Below are positions 36,994 to 50,575 of a stretch of 64,000 bases of DNA, in pieces (positions within the stretch are counted from its first letter, which is position 1; each line of letters opens with the position of its first letter). Origin of the DNA: Glaucostegus cemiculus (Eukaryota); NCBI GenBank assembly GCA_976551045.1, contig CDPCPM010000370.1:2294001-2358000 (forward strand), read 5' to 3'. The position numbers and the translations under genes are program-made. The notes beneath the pieces were generated by a model that saw nothing but the letters and a program-made list of their open reading frames with translations, ran no database searches and was not told the DNA's origin.

Positions 36994-39467
36994 GGCCAGT
37001 GGTTGGATGCAGACCAGAGAGAGAGGAAATAATTTTTCGCGTTTCTGCTTCTGATCGGATATCTGTAAGGAGACAAAGAACAGGGGCAGGTTTCTTTTGT
37101 AGACGCAAAGCGACGTGTCCCTGCTGCATGATTGGTTGGTCTCCCACAGCTGACTCTATTTGAGCTCCTCCTACTGGCTTTATGTGCACTGCCCTGTTCT
37201 TTCTCGTTATCTCCAACTCCTGCTCCCTCCCTATCTCTGTCTCATTCTCTCTGCCTCTCCCTTTCTCTCTCTCCCCCCCCCCCACCACGATTTTATCGAA
37301 AGCTATTCTTGTCGGTCTCCTGGCGTTTGTTGATTCTTAAACGACACCATCTCCTTCCTGTCTTCCTCGCCATTTACTACAGGATCTATGTTTTTTTTTA
37401 ATATGCACCTTCTCTTCCTTTCTGAATCGGTTACTCCCCATGACATGTTTTATTGATCTCTACGTATGAAATTGATGCAAGAGAACTGATAATCTGGTGG
37501 TGACAATCGAGGTAAAGATTTACACGCTTTATTTGGCCGGATTCCCAGCTCAAAACTGATTTCTTTTTTGAAGATTAATCGTTCAAATGCTCTGTTGGGG
37601 TTAGAAAATAATGCTAAGATCCATGCAAATGGGCAGAGTGAAATTGGCTCAGGAAGACATATGCATTCTGTTGTCTGCATTTACATTATTAAAAGTGAGT
37701 TCGCCTTTATGTTGTAGTCAGTACGGCGGCGTATTGTTGAAATATAGGTTAACCGAGTTGTTATTGCGGAAGCAGTTAAACACACCAGCGATTCTACACT
37801 CACTGATCAGAATAATGAGAAATTATTCTTTTCAACGCTTAGCATCCTTACAGTATTTGTCAGGCTGCTTGCTGAGAGGATCATTCTCTTCTTATGACAA
37901 TCGAAACCAAGAGGGCAGGACTAAAATGAGGGATGAAAGAGAATATCCTCATCAATCATTGGATCCAACTACCTGCGGGAGCTTTAGATATTCAAACCAT
38001 AAATTCCCTGACAAGGCAAATCGCTATTACATCGTCCGGCAAACAATTTTATGTAAAGCGAGTCGTATCAGCCGAAATCTTATTGCATGACAGTGAAAGA
38101 TACATGACCCGGTGGAGATTGCTGCGGGGAACAAACAGTGCAGCATTGATTGGACGAATAAGAGAGCAAAGAGGTACAGGTCGGATTGGACGAACAAAGC
38201 ACTCGCAGGCTCATTGCTAAACATCCACATAATGCCTTGTGAGGAAACCACAAAGGAGAGTAGCCGGATATGACATTACTCTTCTCCACTCTTTATAAAG
38301 AAAGGATGCACAAATTCTGGTGTGCCCAGTCACCGCAAAACACCCAGCTATGTGCAATCATTTTGGCTGTCCGACTGATTAAGTGCTCACGAGCGCATGC
38401 CTGTTAACTGAGGAATGCTGACGTCACACAGAACAGCACAGACATTCGAATCCCAGAACGGCAGCATTCGTCTCAGCCTTAAATTTATGCATATTTGATG
38501 CAAGTTCGGGCTCATAGAATCTTGTATCATGGAGTCAGTTTGAGGAAACCCGCAGCAATTAAATGTAGCTATCCGGCAACAGCAATGTCCACATCCTTAA
38601 ACCAAGCAGTATCACGGCAGTACTTGCACCATCCTGTTTTATTGCCATTGTCAAATGCACACTTATTCTGACATTACACGAAGAGCAGGTACCCTCCCCT
38701 CGTTTACATCAGTTTTCTCTCATTCCGCCACTAAATTGTACACCACGAAGCACTATTGGCCAATTATCACATAAACACACAAGTCTTTACGATGCGGGAG
38801 GATCGGTGTAAATTCAATAGAGACGGTGACAAACACCACACCCAGTAGCGCAAGAGTGCAGGATTGAACCTTTGTCGTTCGAGTTGCAATAAAGGACTTC
38901 AAGCAACTGTTACCAACTAACAAAACGGTCTTATCGCGATATCTGCGAAAGAGAGGAAACTGGGACTGCATTTATCGCCTCACATGCATTTTAGGATTTG
39001 AACCACCCCCCCCCCCCCCCCCCCAGCCTGAAGAGCTGTTGACTAACGGCCTGTTCTGGACGACAGGATCAGGAGGTGACATCTGTAAAGAAAGAGCTGT
39101 CATTTCTTTGAAGCATGTAATGTGCTGCAGCTGTGATAGAAGAATCCTGTTCAGATTGTAAGAGGAGTTGGCTTTTGCATTTCAAAAATGATGCAACTGA
39201 ATAGTTGTCCACCAACAAAAAGAAAAGTTCATAACAATGAATCCTGCTGATAATTGTCTAAAATCGGCTCTGAGGTTAGAACGATTTTACTGACGGTGTC
39301 ATTGAAGATGGGCGCAATCCATATTGTGGTGCACTGGGCCAAATTTTCCTTGGGAATAGATTTGTAACGGGTTGGCTGGGACATGAGATTAGCATCCTTA
39401 TCCTGTCACATTTTGTTCACAATCGTGAGGGCTCCACTTGGTGACCGTTCGTTGGAATTACTGGTTG

Positions 39468-39506
39468 GGTTTTTGTTCGGATCTGCAGCTACTTTGCCGC
39501 AATGTG
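39468..39506 (-). other. 23-RSS of V11
   Basis: CACATTG, 23 bp spacer, ACAAAAACC. Confidence 0.9.
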
Positions 39507-39944
39507 GGGCTCATGGCGCAGAGATACACGGCAGAGTCGGATACAAGTGTACCGGAGATGGTTAAAGGAACAGCCTTATTTTTTCTCTGATAATCAGCCG
39601 AAAACCTCTCTGTAAAATGTGATGACCTGTCTCCAGACCCAATGCTGGAATTCCTCAAGAGATACATCGGCTCCTCTCCCGCAAGCTGGATGTACCAGAA
39701 GGCAAAGTTAACATCGTATGCTGCAGGGTAACTGCAGTTCAATGTTACGGCTTCTCCTTCTTCAACCGTCATCTCAGGCGGATACTGAGACATTAAATGA
39801 TCGCCAACGGCTCCTGCAACGAAGCACAGAAGCTGTGAGCAGACTGCAAATGAATAGAAGCTGCAGTCCGCATTGCAACATTTTAAATAAACACTCACCA
39901 GGGAGGGCAAGGATTATTATCATCAGTGACCACCGACTCAACAT
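39507..39944 (-). CDS. TRAV: TCR V segment V11, family B, intact, paralog of V9 (leader 39944-39899, V exon 39813-39507)
   Basis: Leader MLSRWSLMIIILALP|G, open frame ending YLCAMSP. Confidence 0.9.
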
Positions 39945-40013
39945 GCCCTGTAGTTTGAAAGCCGACGGGTCAGAAATGAATGTTGGCACCCTTAATGCTT
40001 CTGACCACACATG

Positions 40014-40092
40014 CGTGAGGAAATAGAGCCTATGTACCGGATTTCCTTTTGTGCAGAATAAGGGGCGTGTCCACTGTGCATGATTGGCTAGT
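40014..40092 (-). promoter_or_regulatory. Family B V promoter module (ETS-like GAGGAA, GC box, CCAAT box), representative copy
   Basis: tgaggaaa...ggggcgtgtcc...catgattggct is conserved about 70-150 bp upstream of most family B ATGs. Confidence 0.55.
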
Positions 40093-40315
40093 CCCTCACA
40101 CCTGACGCTATTTGAGCACATCATTTGTGCGCTGACTTCATCTTTCTCTCTGTCTCTCTTCCGCTCCCTTTCTGTCTCCCTCATTTTTTATGACTCTCTC
40201 TCCCTCTCGCTCCCTCTCTTTCTCTTTCTCTGTCTTTCTCTCTGTCTTTCGCTCTCGATCTTTGTCTAACCCCACACCTTCTGTCCCTCTCCTTCTCTCT
40301 TTTTCTCTTTCTACC

Positions 40316-40332
40316 ACACACACACACACACA

Positions 40333-40375
<43 letters not shown>
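40316..40375. repeat. (CA)n microsatellite
   Basis: Direct inspection. Not expanded at the paralogous position near 34260. Confidence 0.9.
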
Positions 40376-40377
<2 letters not shown>

Positions 40378-42623
40378 TCTCCGAAGTCTAGCTATTCTTC
40401 TCGGATTCCGGCTATTTAATGATTCTCAAATGGCAATTCATCTCCCCATCGCTCCCTCGGGATTTACAAGAGTATCTTGGTCTTTCTTTTCTTATGCACC
40501 TTTTCTCCCTCTCTCGTTGATTTTAATCGATTTCATCAAATAGTATGTTCGATTGATTTCGTGACACAATTGATGAAAGGGTAATGGAACAGCTGATACC
40601 ATTTAAACCACGTTTCCTTTAACGTTGATATCCATCATTATAGGCTGGAGCTCTGAATCAAAGGGTAGATTTACACGGCTTGTGTGGCAGTTTACCCAAG
40701 TCAACGTTGATCATTTTTGCAGAGATAAGTCGTTCGAGTGATCCATTAGAGGTTTTCAATTGGAAAGGACAACACGGTCTCGGTACAACTGGATAGGAGG
40801 ACGTTGGGTTGGGAGGCCATATTATTGAGTGTCTTCATTTTTGTTATTAATCGTGGTTGGCTTCATAAAGGGGGACTTCTGAGGCTTATTTGCTGATTTC
40901 TAGGTGTGATGCATTGTCATTGCAGCAACAGTTAAACGTACAAGTGATTATGCACTCAAAAATCGGAAAAAGGAAAATTGATCCATTTCAAAATATAAGT
41001 TCCTGAGAGCGTCTGTCAGGCCCGATGTTGAGAAAATGCTTCCCTCCGTGCGACAAACGAAACCGTGGAGTTAGCGGGCGGGGTGTTACTGTATCAAGTA
41101 AGTTATGAAGGGGAACTTCTTCGACAATGTTTCTAATTTGCATCCCGCTTGAGCTGCAGACATTCATACGATATAATCCCCGACGGGACACAGAGACAGT
41201 TGAAGGCATTCAAAGGGCCCGCTACACGTGGAGTTAAAGGGAGAATTGTATCAGCTGAAATGTCACTCACTGAAGGTAAACGATATATGAACCGAGGCAG
41301 AGTCGACGTGAATCGAAGTGGCGCTACGTTGATTGCATGAATTGTGGGACAAATGCGTGCAGATCCGATTGGACGAACAAATGCACGTGACTCATTGGAA
41401 ATCACCTGGTGAATGCCTCGTAAATAACTCAATGAGGAGTGAGGCCGGACATGAAAACAACCCTGTCAACTCATGCAAAAATTCTGCGACCACCATTCAC
41501 GACGAGCCTGCAAGCTGTGTGCAAACATGTTAGCGGCTCCTAATTACTGAGTGCTTGCCATGGCATCACTTTCACCTGATCAATTGTAATGTCCCACAGA
41601 ACAGTTATTCGGGTCCCTGAGCAGCGGCGTTGTACTATGCTTCTAATTGTTTTGTAGTTTTCAGCCGGTTCCGACTCACAGAGGCTTGTTTCAGAGAGTA
41701 AGGGTGACGGAGCCTCCACAGCAATTAATTGCAGTCCTTCGGTCACAGCAGCTATTTAATACATCAATGCAGCCGTACCAGTCACTCTTCACAATAACAC
41801 GTTTTAGTATCATAGCCAAAGGCACAGTTATACAAACCTTACACCAATCCCATTTTTACCCTCCACTCGATTATACTAATACCCTCAGCTTCAGTCACTC
41901 AACTACACACCACAGGGACCAACCATTGGCCAATTATCACACAGTTCGCTCGGATGTGGAAGAAATCCGTAGAACTAAGAGGAAATGTGTGCAGTTACAG
42001 ATGAAATGTATAAACTACACATGTAAATATCACCGGAGGTTAAGAATGAACACAGGTCATTGAACCTGCGAGAAAACGCCTCCACCAACTCTTCACCAAT
42101 TAACAAAATATTCTTGTTCAGAAACCCTAAAAGGAGATAAAGCAGGAACTACATTTTTCACGTCACCGATAATTAGGAATTTAATTTCCACCAATTTAAT
42201 CTGTATGTTGCATCACGGCCTGTTCCCGGCGATCAGATCAGGAGGTGACATGGGTAAAAATATCTGGCACACATTGAAATGCATATCGGTCCGCAGGGAA
42301 AATTGAATAGCCCTCTACTATACGCAAGGGATGTTTTACGAGAAACAATATGCAGCATAAAACTTATTTTGAAAACGCCAGAAGGGATAAGCTTAACGAT
42401 TATTGCATAAAATTGCGGTTCCGTTGGCAGGCGTTGAGTGAGGGAACTACTGAGGAAAGGGAAATTCGCGTTGTGGATAATATTGGTTGCATTGGGGCAG
42501 ATATTACTGAAGAAGAGATTTGCAATGGATTTCCCGGGAGATGCGATCAACATCTTGTTCTCACTTTCCTTTCATACTGGTTAGGGAGTCATCTAAAGAC
42601 GCTCACTCGAACCGCAGGAGCGA

Positions 42624-42662
42624 GGTTTTAGTTCGGATGTGCTGCTTCTCTGCCGCAGTGTG
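42624..42662 (-). other. 23-RSS of V12 (variant nonamer)
   Basis: CACACTG, 23 bp spacer, ACTAAAACC. Confidence 0.88.
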
Positions 42663-43088
42663 GGCGTCATGGCGCAGAGATACACGGCAGAGTCGGAGAC
42701 AAGAACTCCAGAGATGGTTAGAGGAACCGTCCTGTTTGTTTTCTGATTAAAGGCCGAAAACCTGTCTTTAAATAGTTGTGAGTCGCTGCTGTAAATCCTC
42801 AGCAGATATCTCGGCCCTCCTCCATGCGACTGGGTGTACCAGAAAGCAGTATAACCATCGTATGCTGCAGGATAACCGCAGTTCAGTGTTACAGACTGTC
42901 CTTCTTTAACCGTCAACTCAGGCGGATCTTGGGAGATGGAATCACCGCCAAAGGCTCCTGTAACAAAAAAGAGAAGCTGTGAGAAGTCTGGAAATTAATC
43001 AAATCCACAGCCCGCACAAAAACCATTTGAATAGTGACTCACCGTTCACAGCCAGGATTATTGTCAGCAATGACCACAGACACAGCAT
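42663..43088 (-). CDS. TRAV: TCR V segment V12, family B, intact, paralog of V10 (leader 43088-43043, V exon 42957-42663)
   Basis: Leader MLCLWSLLTIILAVN|G, 295-bp exon, motifs FWYTQ and YLCAMTP. Confidence 0.9.
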
Positions 43089-45490
43089 GGCCAGTGATCG
43101 GAAACAGATCGTAGGGAGAATAATAAATGCTTCGCGTTTCTGCCTCGGAACGGACATGTGTGAGGAAACAAAGATCAAGGGCAGCTTTCTCTTGGAGACA
43201 CAAAGGGGAGTGTCCCTTGTACATGATTGGTTGGTCTCTCGCAGCCGACGCTATTTGAGATCCTCATGCCTTTGTGTGCACTGTCATGTTTTTGCTCTCT
43301 GTCAGCCACTCCCGCTCCCGTGCTATCTCTGTATCATTCCTTCTGTCTGTCCATCTCTTTCTCTCTCTTTCCCCTCTCTGATTTTTTTTTCGAAAGCTAT
43401 TTTTGTCGTTCTCCTGGCGTTTGTTGGTTCTCAAACGACACCATCTCCTTCCTCTCTTCCTCGACATTTACTTCAGTATCTATGTTTTTTTTTATATGCA
43501 CCTTTTCTCCCTTTCTGAATCGATTTCTCCACGACATATTTTATTGATTTCTACATATGAAATTAATGCAAGAGAACTGAGAAACTGGTGGTGACAATCT
43601 AGTTAAAGATTCACACGCTTTATCGGGCCGGATACCCAGCTCATCACGAATTTCTTTTGGGGTTAGAAAATAATGCCAAGATCCATGCAAATGGGCAGGA
43701 GGAAATTGGCTCAGGAAGACATATGCAGTGTATTGTTTGCATTTACATTATAAATGTGAGTTCGCCTTTATGTTGCAGTGAGTTCGGCGGCGTATGAAGT
43801 TGAATTTCGTTTCAATGAGTTGTTATCGCGGCAGCAGATAAACACACCAGTGATTCTACACTCATTGATCAAAAAAAAAAGAAATTATCCCTTTCAACCC
43901 CTACCATCCTGAGAGTTTGTCAGGCTCGATGTTGCGAGGATCATTCCCTTCTTCTGAGAACCGAAACCAAGAGGGCACGGACTCAAATGGGGGATGAAAC
44001 CGAATATCCTCATCAATCTTTGGATTTCTCTGCTTGTGGGATCTGCAGACATTCTGGCAATAAATTCCCCGACAAGGCACATGCTATTCAATAGACCGGC
44101 AACATTTTTAGGTTAAGCGAATTGTATCCGCAGAAACCGTATTGCATGACAGTGAACTTTAGGTATCCCGGTGGAGAATGCTGCGGGGAACAAACAGTCC
44201 TGTGTTGATTGGGCGAATAAGAGAGTAAAGAGGTGCAAGTCTGATTGGACGAACAAAGGGCTCGTGGGCTCATTGTAAAAGATGCACATAATGCTTCGTG
44301 AGGAACACCCAAGGGATGTATCCGGATATGACAACACTCCTCTCCACTTGTTACAAAAGAGATGCACAACTTCTGGTGCTCCCGGTCACTGCGGAACCCC
44401 CAGCTGTGTGCAATCATTTTGACTGGCCTCTCTACTGACTGCTCACGAGGGCATGTCTGTTAACTGAAGAATGTTGAAGTCACACAGACCAGCACAGTCA
44501 TTCCGGTCCCAGAACGGGGGCAGAAGGATTGTACTTTTAAATTACAGTAGTTTAGAAGAAGGTAGTTCTCATACAGGCATGTTTCGTGCAGCCAATTTGA
44601 AGGTGCTGGCGAGAATTAACGCGCAGGTATTTGGCATCAGCCGTCTTCTAATTCCAAATATCGTCAGGACCAAGATAATCCATCCATTAATCTGTTTTTC
44701 AGTCAGCGTCAAAAGCATATTTACGCGAACCTCAACTAAAGCCCATTTTTATCCTGCCCTCGTTCACATTAACTCCCTTAGTGTCGACAACACACGGGCT
44801 CCACAGGGAATTTATACCGGCAGATTATCCCACAAACGGTCAGGATGTGGGACAAAATCGGAGAAGTCGGAGGAAATGAACGCAGTCGCAGAGTGAGCAT
44901 GCAAACTCCACAGGCAAATCACTCTGGTAGTTCAGAACGAATTCGGGTCGCTGCCTCAGCGAGCAAGCACCTCCAAAAACCATGGCCTAATTAACAAAGA
45001 AAAGACTTCCTGTACAGACACCTTTGGAAGGAGGGAAATTGGGTCTCTATTTTTAACCTCCTTCGGGAATTCCAATTTCCCGCTGGATGAGCCGCGTTTG
45101 CTTAACTCTCTGTTGTCGGCGACAGGATCAGGATGCGACATCCGTTTAACAATCTGACAATTGTTTGGAACTTGTACCGGCTGCAGGTAAATTAGGAGAG
45201 CCCTTTACACATGGTAAGTGATATGGTCGGATGTTGCAACTCAATAGCTGTGCAGCAATTGAAAAAAAAACTACGCTACAGGGGACGAATTCTCCAAATA
45301 ATTGCATAATATTGTGGTACAAATATTGGCAGGAAATGACTGAGGGAGATATTAAAGAAGGTGCAATGCAAGTTCTGGAGAACCTTAGCAGCATTGGTAA
45401 AAATCTTCCCGGGGGAGGGGTGCTTAATGAATTTGCTGGATTATTCACTCAGTATTTTCCTCTGGTTATTTTCTGTTCACAGTGGTGAGG

Positions 45491-45504
45491 GCGCCATCTG
45501 GCGC
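45491..45504 (-). promoter_or_regulatory. Putative CTCF-binding element 3' of V13 RSS
   Basis: GCGCCAGATGGCGC with an upstream AGCAGT motif. Confidence 0.7.
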
Positions 45505-45566
45505 CCGCTTGATAGCACTGCTGGGACGTATATTGGATCGAATGTACTGTTTCCCGCCACAGGGTG

Positions 45567-45991
45567 TGTCATGTTGCAGAAAGAGAAGGCAGAATCGTAG
45601 GTAAGAACAGCGGAGATAGATTAAGGCACTGACCGATGGTCTTTCTGATGAACAGCAGTAAAGTCCGCCTGAGAAATCAGGTGATCAAACCCCGGACCCG
45701 ATGGTGAATATCTTCAGCAGATATCTTAGCTCTTCTCCGGGATGCTAGATATACCAGAGCGCAGTGTACTCGTCGTATGCTTCATGGACACTGCAGTTCA
45801 CTGTTACAGCTCGCCTTTATTCAACCGTCATCCCAGGCGGACGCTGGAATAGTAAACCATCACCAGGCGTTCCTGCAACGAAACAGAGGAACCGTGAGCA
45901 GTTTGGAAGTGAATCGACGTCACGGTTCGCGTAAGAGCCGTTTAGATAGATGCTCACCAGGAAACACGAGGATTATTATCAGTCACAACAT
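45567..45991 (-). pseudogene. TRAV: TCR V pseudogene V13, family B
   Basis: Shortened leader with a stop (ATG TTG TGA) and an in-frame TAG after WYI (45747-45745). The 3' end reads DSAFSFCNMT. Heptamer is CACCCTG and the nonamer is decayed. Confidence 0.88.
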
Positions 45992-46432
45992 GACCTGTGG
46001 TGCGACAATATACAAGGAAGAGAGGAATATCTTCAACATGTTCATGCCTGAGAGAAGGCATATCTGAGTAAATACATATCAAAGAAATGTTTTGCTTCTG
46101 TTTCTGAGACCAACGGACGGTACCGTTGTCAATGATTGGCTGATCGCTCAAAAACAACGAATTTTGAGCATATCCTTCTGTTTGCACGTGGTTATCTGAC
46201 TAGTTGTCTCCTTCTCTCTATCTATCTCTTCCTCTCAGTCTCCCTCTGCTCCTCTCTCTTATTACCTTGAATTCCAGCTGTCTCTCCTGATCTTCATCAA
46301 TCTATCCATTTCTATCTTTGTAATACACGCACTCTCTCTGTACATCTGTACATCTCTGTCTATCTGTCTGTATGTCTCTGTCTATCTGTCTTTCCTAGCG
46401 ATCTGTCTGTCTGTGGTACTTATATGTGTCCA

Positions 46433-46597
46433 NNNNNNNNNNNNNNNNNNNNNNNNNNNNNNNNNNNNNNNNNNNNNNNNNNNNNNNNNNNNNNNNNNNN
46501 NNNNNNNNNNNNNNNNNNNNNNNNNNNNNNNNNNNNNNNNNNNNNNNNNNNNNNNNNNNNNNNNNNNNNNNNNNNNNNNNNNNNNNNNNNNNNNNNN
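46433..46597. other. Assembly gap
   Basis: Run of N. Confidence 0.99.
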
Positions 46598-47439
46598 TAT
46601 CTATCTGTCTATCCATCTCTTATTGTCCCGAAGTCCAGCCATTTCTTTCCTTCTCTTCCCTTGCTGATTCAAGAAGGACACTTTAGCGCCCCATCTTGCT
46701 CGTTATTATCATTGGTGGCTGCATCTCTGACCACATACACCTGTTCTTTGGACTCTCTCCGTCTTTCTTTGGTCAGAAATCTGTCCCTTCCATATTCCAA
46801 GTTTCCGACATCTCCAGCTCCCTTCTCCGTGTTTCTGAGCCACAATTCTGTTCCTCCTTTCGCAGTGTTCACCCACCACGTCACATGAAACTCACGACGT
46901 GCAAAATTCAAATCATTTACCTGTCGTCTTTGCTCGATGTCCTCATATATATGATTCTTATCAATGTGATTCTTCGCAAGAGATCACCGATAGTCAGTAC
47001 ATTCAAAGCCGCCCTCGCACTCTGAGAGCACAAGGTAGCACTCCGACCTGGTCCAATAGCAAGAACCACAAACTACCTCATTCATACTAATCCTGGAGGG
47101 GCGGCGTAATTTTATGCTTTAAATTTCTGCATTTGTGGTACAGGCTCGTCCTCATCGTGACCTGTCTCAACTTAGTCAGTTTCAAGAAGACACAGTGACA
47201 AATAAGTGCACATATTCGATCACAGCAAAGTTCTCCACATTATATCTGTCATCACCTTGAGAGTATTGTCGCGATCCTGAATTAATTGAATTGTCATAGT
47301 CATGGACATCTGCACGGAACCTTGCCCGATGCTCAACTGAATCTACTCTGTCAATCAAGCACCATTCATACTAACCTCACATTAAATCTGCACACATCTA
47401 TTTTTAAATCTCCACACTTCACCCCAAATTCTACTCTAT

Positions 47440-47580
47440 GGGCTACATGAAACTCCAAATTATCCATGAACCTGCCAGTCCCTGGCATGTGGGAGGAAAC
47501 GGCTAAACCACTGGGATGCACTCGAAGATTAAGAACATACACTGACTGCACCGGAGATGGGTATCGAACGCAGGTCGGAG
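47440..47580 (-). mobile_element. Degenerate V-SINE
   Basis: tgtgggaggaaacgg...atcgaacgcaggtc V-domain and B-box remnant. Confidence 0.55.
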
Positions 47581-48158
47581 GAGAGATTAGAAAGCAGATC
47601 GACCACTTGCTGCTGGTGTTCAAATGAAAGTCATTTCTTGTCGTGAAACCTACGGAACAGATGCAATAAAGGCTCAGTTATTCGCCTCATTCTACACGTC
47701 GAATACTGAGACCAGTTTTCTCATTGCAGACCTATGGCTACCTGACGAACTGGTGCATCAGTCTGCAACAGGAATTGACAACAGTAACGAGAGAAAGCAT
47801 CATGAAAAAAACAAGTTGTCGAATTGTGATTCGAGTATCGGCCTGTGGGCAGGATGGAAGGAAGCAGAGGCAGCACCCTGTTATAACAAGTGCTAATATG
47901 CTCGTTGACAAACATGCAACTGAACAGTTATTTAACTGAATACGCCTCAGAACAATCTTGTTCATAGTCCCACAAAATACTTATTTTAAAGGTGATAGGA
48001 GTACATCGGCATTACAACTGGGAAATGGGAATTTCAAATGTGCAGAACGTTGGGTGGACTGGGACTTCTCTGAGATTAGAGAATATTCGCAACATAACAT
48101 GTCCCTGAAAACTCCGAGGAGTTTCAGTCTCTGATCACTTCTGTTTACGACAGTAAGT

Positions 48159-48172
48159 GCGCCCTCTGGCGT
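48159..48172 (-). promoter_or_regulatory. Putative CTCF-binding element 3' of V14 RSS
   Basis: ACGCCAGAGGGCGC. Confidence 0.7.
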
Positions 48173-48197
48173 GGCGCTCGCAGAAACGATCATGTTT

Positions 48198-48236
48198 GGT
48201 TTTTGTTCAACCCTGCTGCTTCTCTGGCGCAATGTG
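48198..48236 (-). other. 23-RSS of V14
   Basis: CACATTG, 23 bp spacer, ACAAAAACC. Confidence 0.9.
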
Positions 48237-48674
48237 GGCTTCATGGCGCAGAGATACACGGCAGAGTCGGAAACCACGACACTGGAGATAGTTAAAGGAA
48301 CCGTCCGATTTGCTTTATGATAATCAGCAGAGAACTTGTCAGAGAAATCAGGAGAAAGTTCTTCGTACCCATTGCTTAAGATCCTCAGTATGTATGATGG
48401 CGCTAATCCAGGAGTCTGCATATACCAGAAGGCAGTGTCAGCAGCGAATGCTTCAGGGTAACTGCAGTCAAGTTTTACAGTTTGTCCTTCTTCAACCGAC
48501 AGTCCAGGGGGATACTGGGATATTGAATCATTACCACAGGCTCCTGCAACAAAGCAAAGAAACTGTCGGCAGACTGAAAGTGAATTAAAGCTACGGTCCG
48601 CACAGAAGGCAATTAGAAGGAGACTCACCAGGAAATATCGACATTAGAACCAATAATGACCAGAGGAATGACAT
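48237..48674 (-). CDS. TRAV: TCR V segment V14, family B, intact (leader 48674-48629, V exon 48543-48237)
   Basis: Leader MSFLWSLLVLMSIFP|G, motifs LDCSYP, FWYMQ and YLCAMKP. Confidence 0.9.
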
Positions 48675-48870
48675 GGTGCCTGGTCTGGAAACAACTGGGA
48701 CGAGTCGAATGAATCCGGGTGGCGTATGACTCCGAAAACTATTTGTGGTAAAACAGAGATAAGGGCTAGGCGTATCTTATGTCGAGACTTAGAGGCGTTT
48801 CCCAGTCGTTTCATTGGCTGGTCCCTTGCTAGTGTCTCACTTTTAACCCACACCAAGTATGCTGATCGGA

Positions 48871-48951
<81 letters not shown>

Positions 48952-48964
48952 CTCTCTCTCTCTC
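48871..48964. repeat. Compound (CT)n(CA)n(CT)n microsatellite
   Basis: Direct inspection. Confidence 0.9.
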
Positions 48965-50132
48965 CCCACCCTGTCACTCCCTCCCTTACCAGTGCACTCT
49001 CTCCCATCTGTCTCTCCAACACTCTTTTGCTATTCTTTCTCTCTTTCTCGCTCGGTCCTGTTTCCTAGCTATCTTTTCGTTTTCTCCTTTATCTGACATA
49101 TTACATCAAGCAGAAGACTTGGACAATTCAAATTCCTTTCAGCCTCGTCTTTGCTCGATTTCCTCATATAAATGTTCTCTCGATGCAATGATTCGCAATA
49201 GGGTATCGACGATCAGCTACTACATGATTCTTTGCTTTTAAAATTCTGCGGTTCAGTGTAGGCTCCGTCTCCCAGTGATCTGTCTCAACGAGACAGTTTC
49301 AAGCAGACTTCAGAGCAAAGAAGGGATCCTGTTCGGATAAAGCAATCCCTCAGCCAGAGACATGTCAGGACCAGGACAGTACTCTCACGATCCTGATTTC
49401 ATACCGCAGCCATGGTCAGTGGTCGGCATGGAAACAGACCCCTCCGCCCACTGGATTCGCCCTGACCAACAAGCACCCATTTGGACTCAATTTACACTCA
49501 CCCCACTGACTTCCATTGTCGCCCCTCAGATCCCCAGATTCTAACGGTCACCTGCACAGCTGGAGGCAGGTTACTGACGAATTATGATAAACCGGCAGGT
49601 CTTTCGGATTTGGAAGGGAACCAGAACAACCAATGGAAACGCACGTCATCACGAGGAAAAAGGGCAAACAAACCAAATGGATCCTGGGTTTTGGGGGCCA
49701 TCAATTATCGTAAAATAAACTTGTCGCAGTGAAACTGGAACAATGGAGAGAATAGAGTCCAGTTTGTCGCATCATTGAACAGTTGGTTCGGTTTTTCCCA
49801 TGCAGACCTGCGGTTCCATGACGGCCTGGTACATCCATCTGGCTCAGTAATTAATAAGAGGAACAAGACAAAATATCGTGTAAATGGTGTACTGTGAAAC
49901 TTTAATCGGCTGTTGATAGGATGGAAAGCATCAAAGAGGACACTCAACCGATTGCATTAGCTATTTAACGGACATAAACATGGACGTCATCGGCTATACA
50001 ACAAAATACACCGATGAGGAAGATATCTGTTGCTAATTCGATGAACTGGCACTGTAAAAGGTTGACAGGAGGATGGCGGGAGGGTTACGACGGAAGGGCC
50101 ATTCCAAATGTGGAGAACATTGGGATAATTGT

Positions 50133-50396
50133 GGGCGGCACGATAGCGTACCGGTTAGCATGACGCTGTTACAGCTCCAACGATCGGCGTTCGAATCCCG
50201 TCGCTGACTGTAAGGAGTTTGTACGTTATTACGTGTCTGCGTGGGTTCCATCCGGGTGCTCCGGTTTCCTCCCACAGTCTAAAAAAAAGACGTACAGGTA
50301 GGTTAGTTTGGGCTTTATAATGGGCGGCGCGGACTCGTTGGGCCGAAAGGGCCTGTTACCACGCTGTAAATAAAATGTAAATAAAAATAGAAAAAA
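50133..50396 (+). mobile_element. Full-length tRNA-derived V-SINE (HE1-like)
   Basis: gggcggcacg head with A and B boxes (gttcgaatccc), V domain gggtgctccggtttcctcccaca, LINE-like tail gggccgaaagggcctgtt and an A-rich end. Confidence 0.85.
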
Positions 50397-50575
50397 TTGG
50401 GTCTCTTCTGCTTGGAGCAGAAAATGTTTGCAGAACATTTGCTGAATTCTCCGGGGAGTTTTTGTCTATTAACACTTTTGTTCGCCGGGACAATTGCCCC
50501 CTCTGGTGAGGGATTGCTGGAACTGAAGCGGTTACATATTTTTGTTCGGGTCTGCTGATTCTCCATCACAGCGTG

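Larger units (their letters stand above)
32350..44520. repeat. Tandem segmental duplication, about 6.1 kb x2 (V9+V10 and V11+V12)
   Basis: Offsets of 6084 and 6095 bp between paralogous V ends, colinear flanks, junction near 38455. Confidence 0.85.

Noticed and set aside
50133-50205. tRNA gene
   Set aside because: It is the tRNA-derived head of a V-SINE, continuous with the V domain and LINE-like tail.
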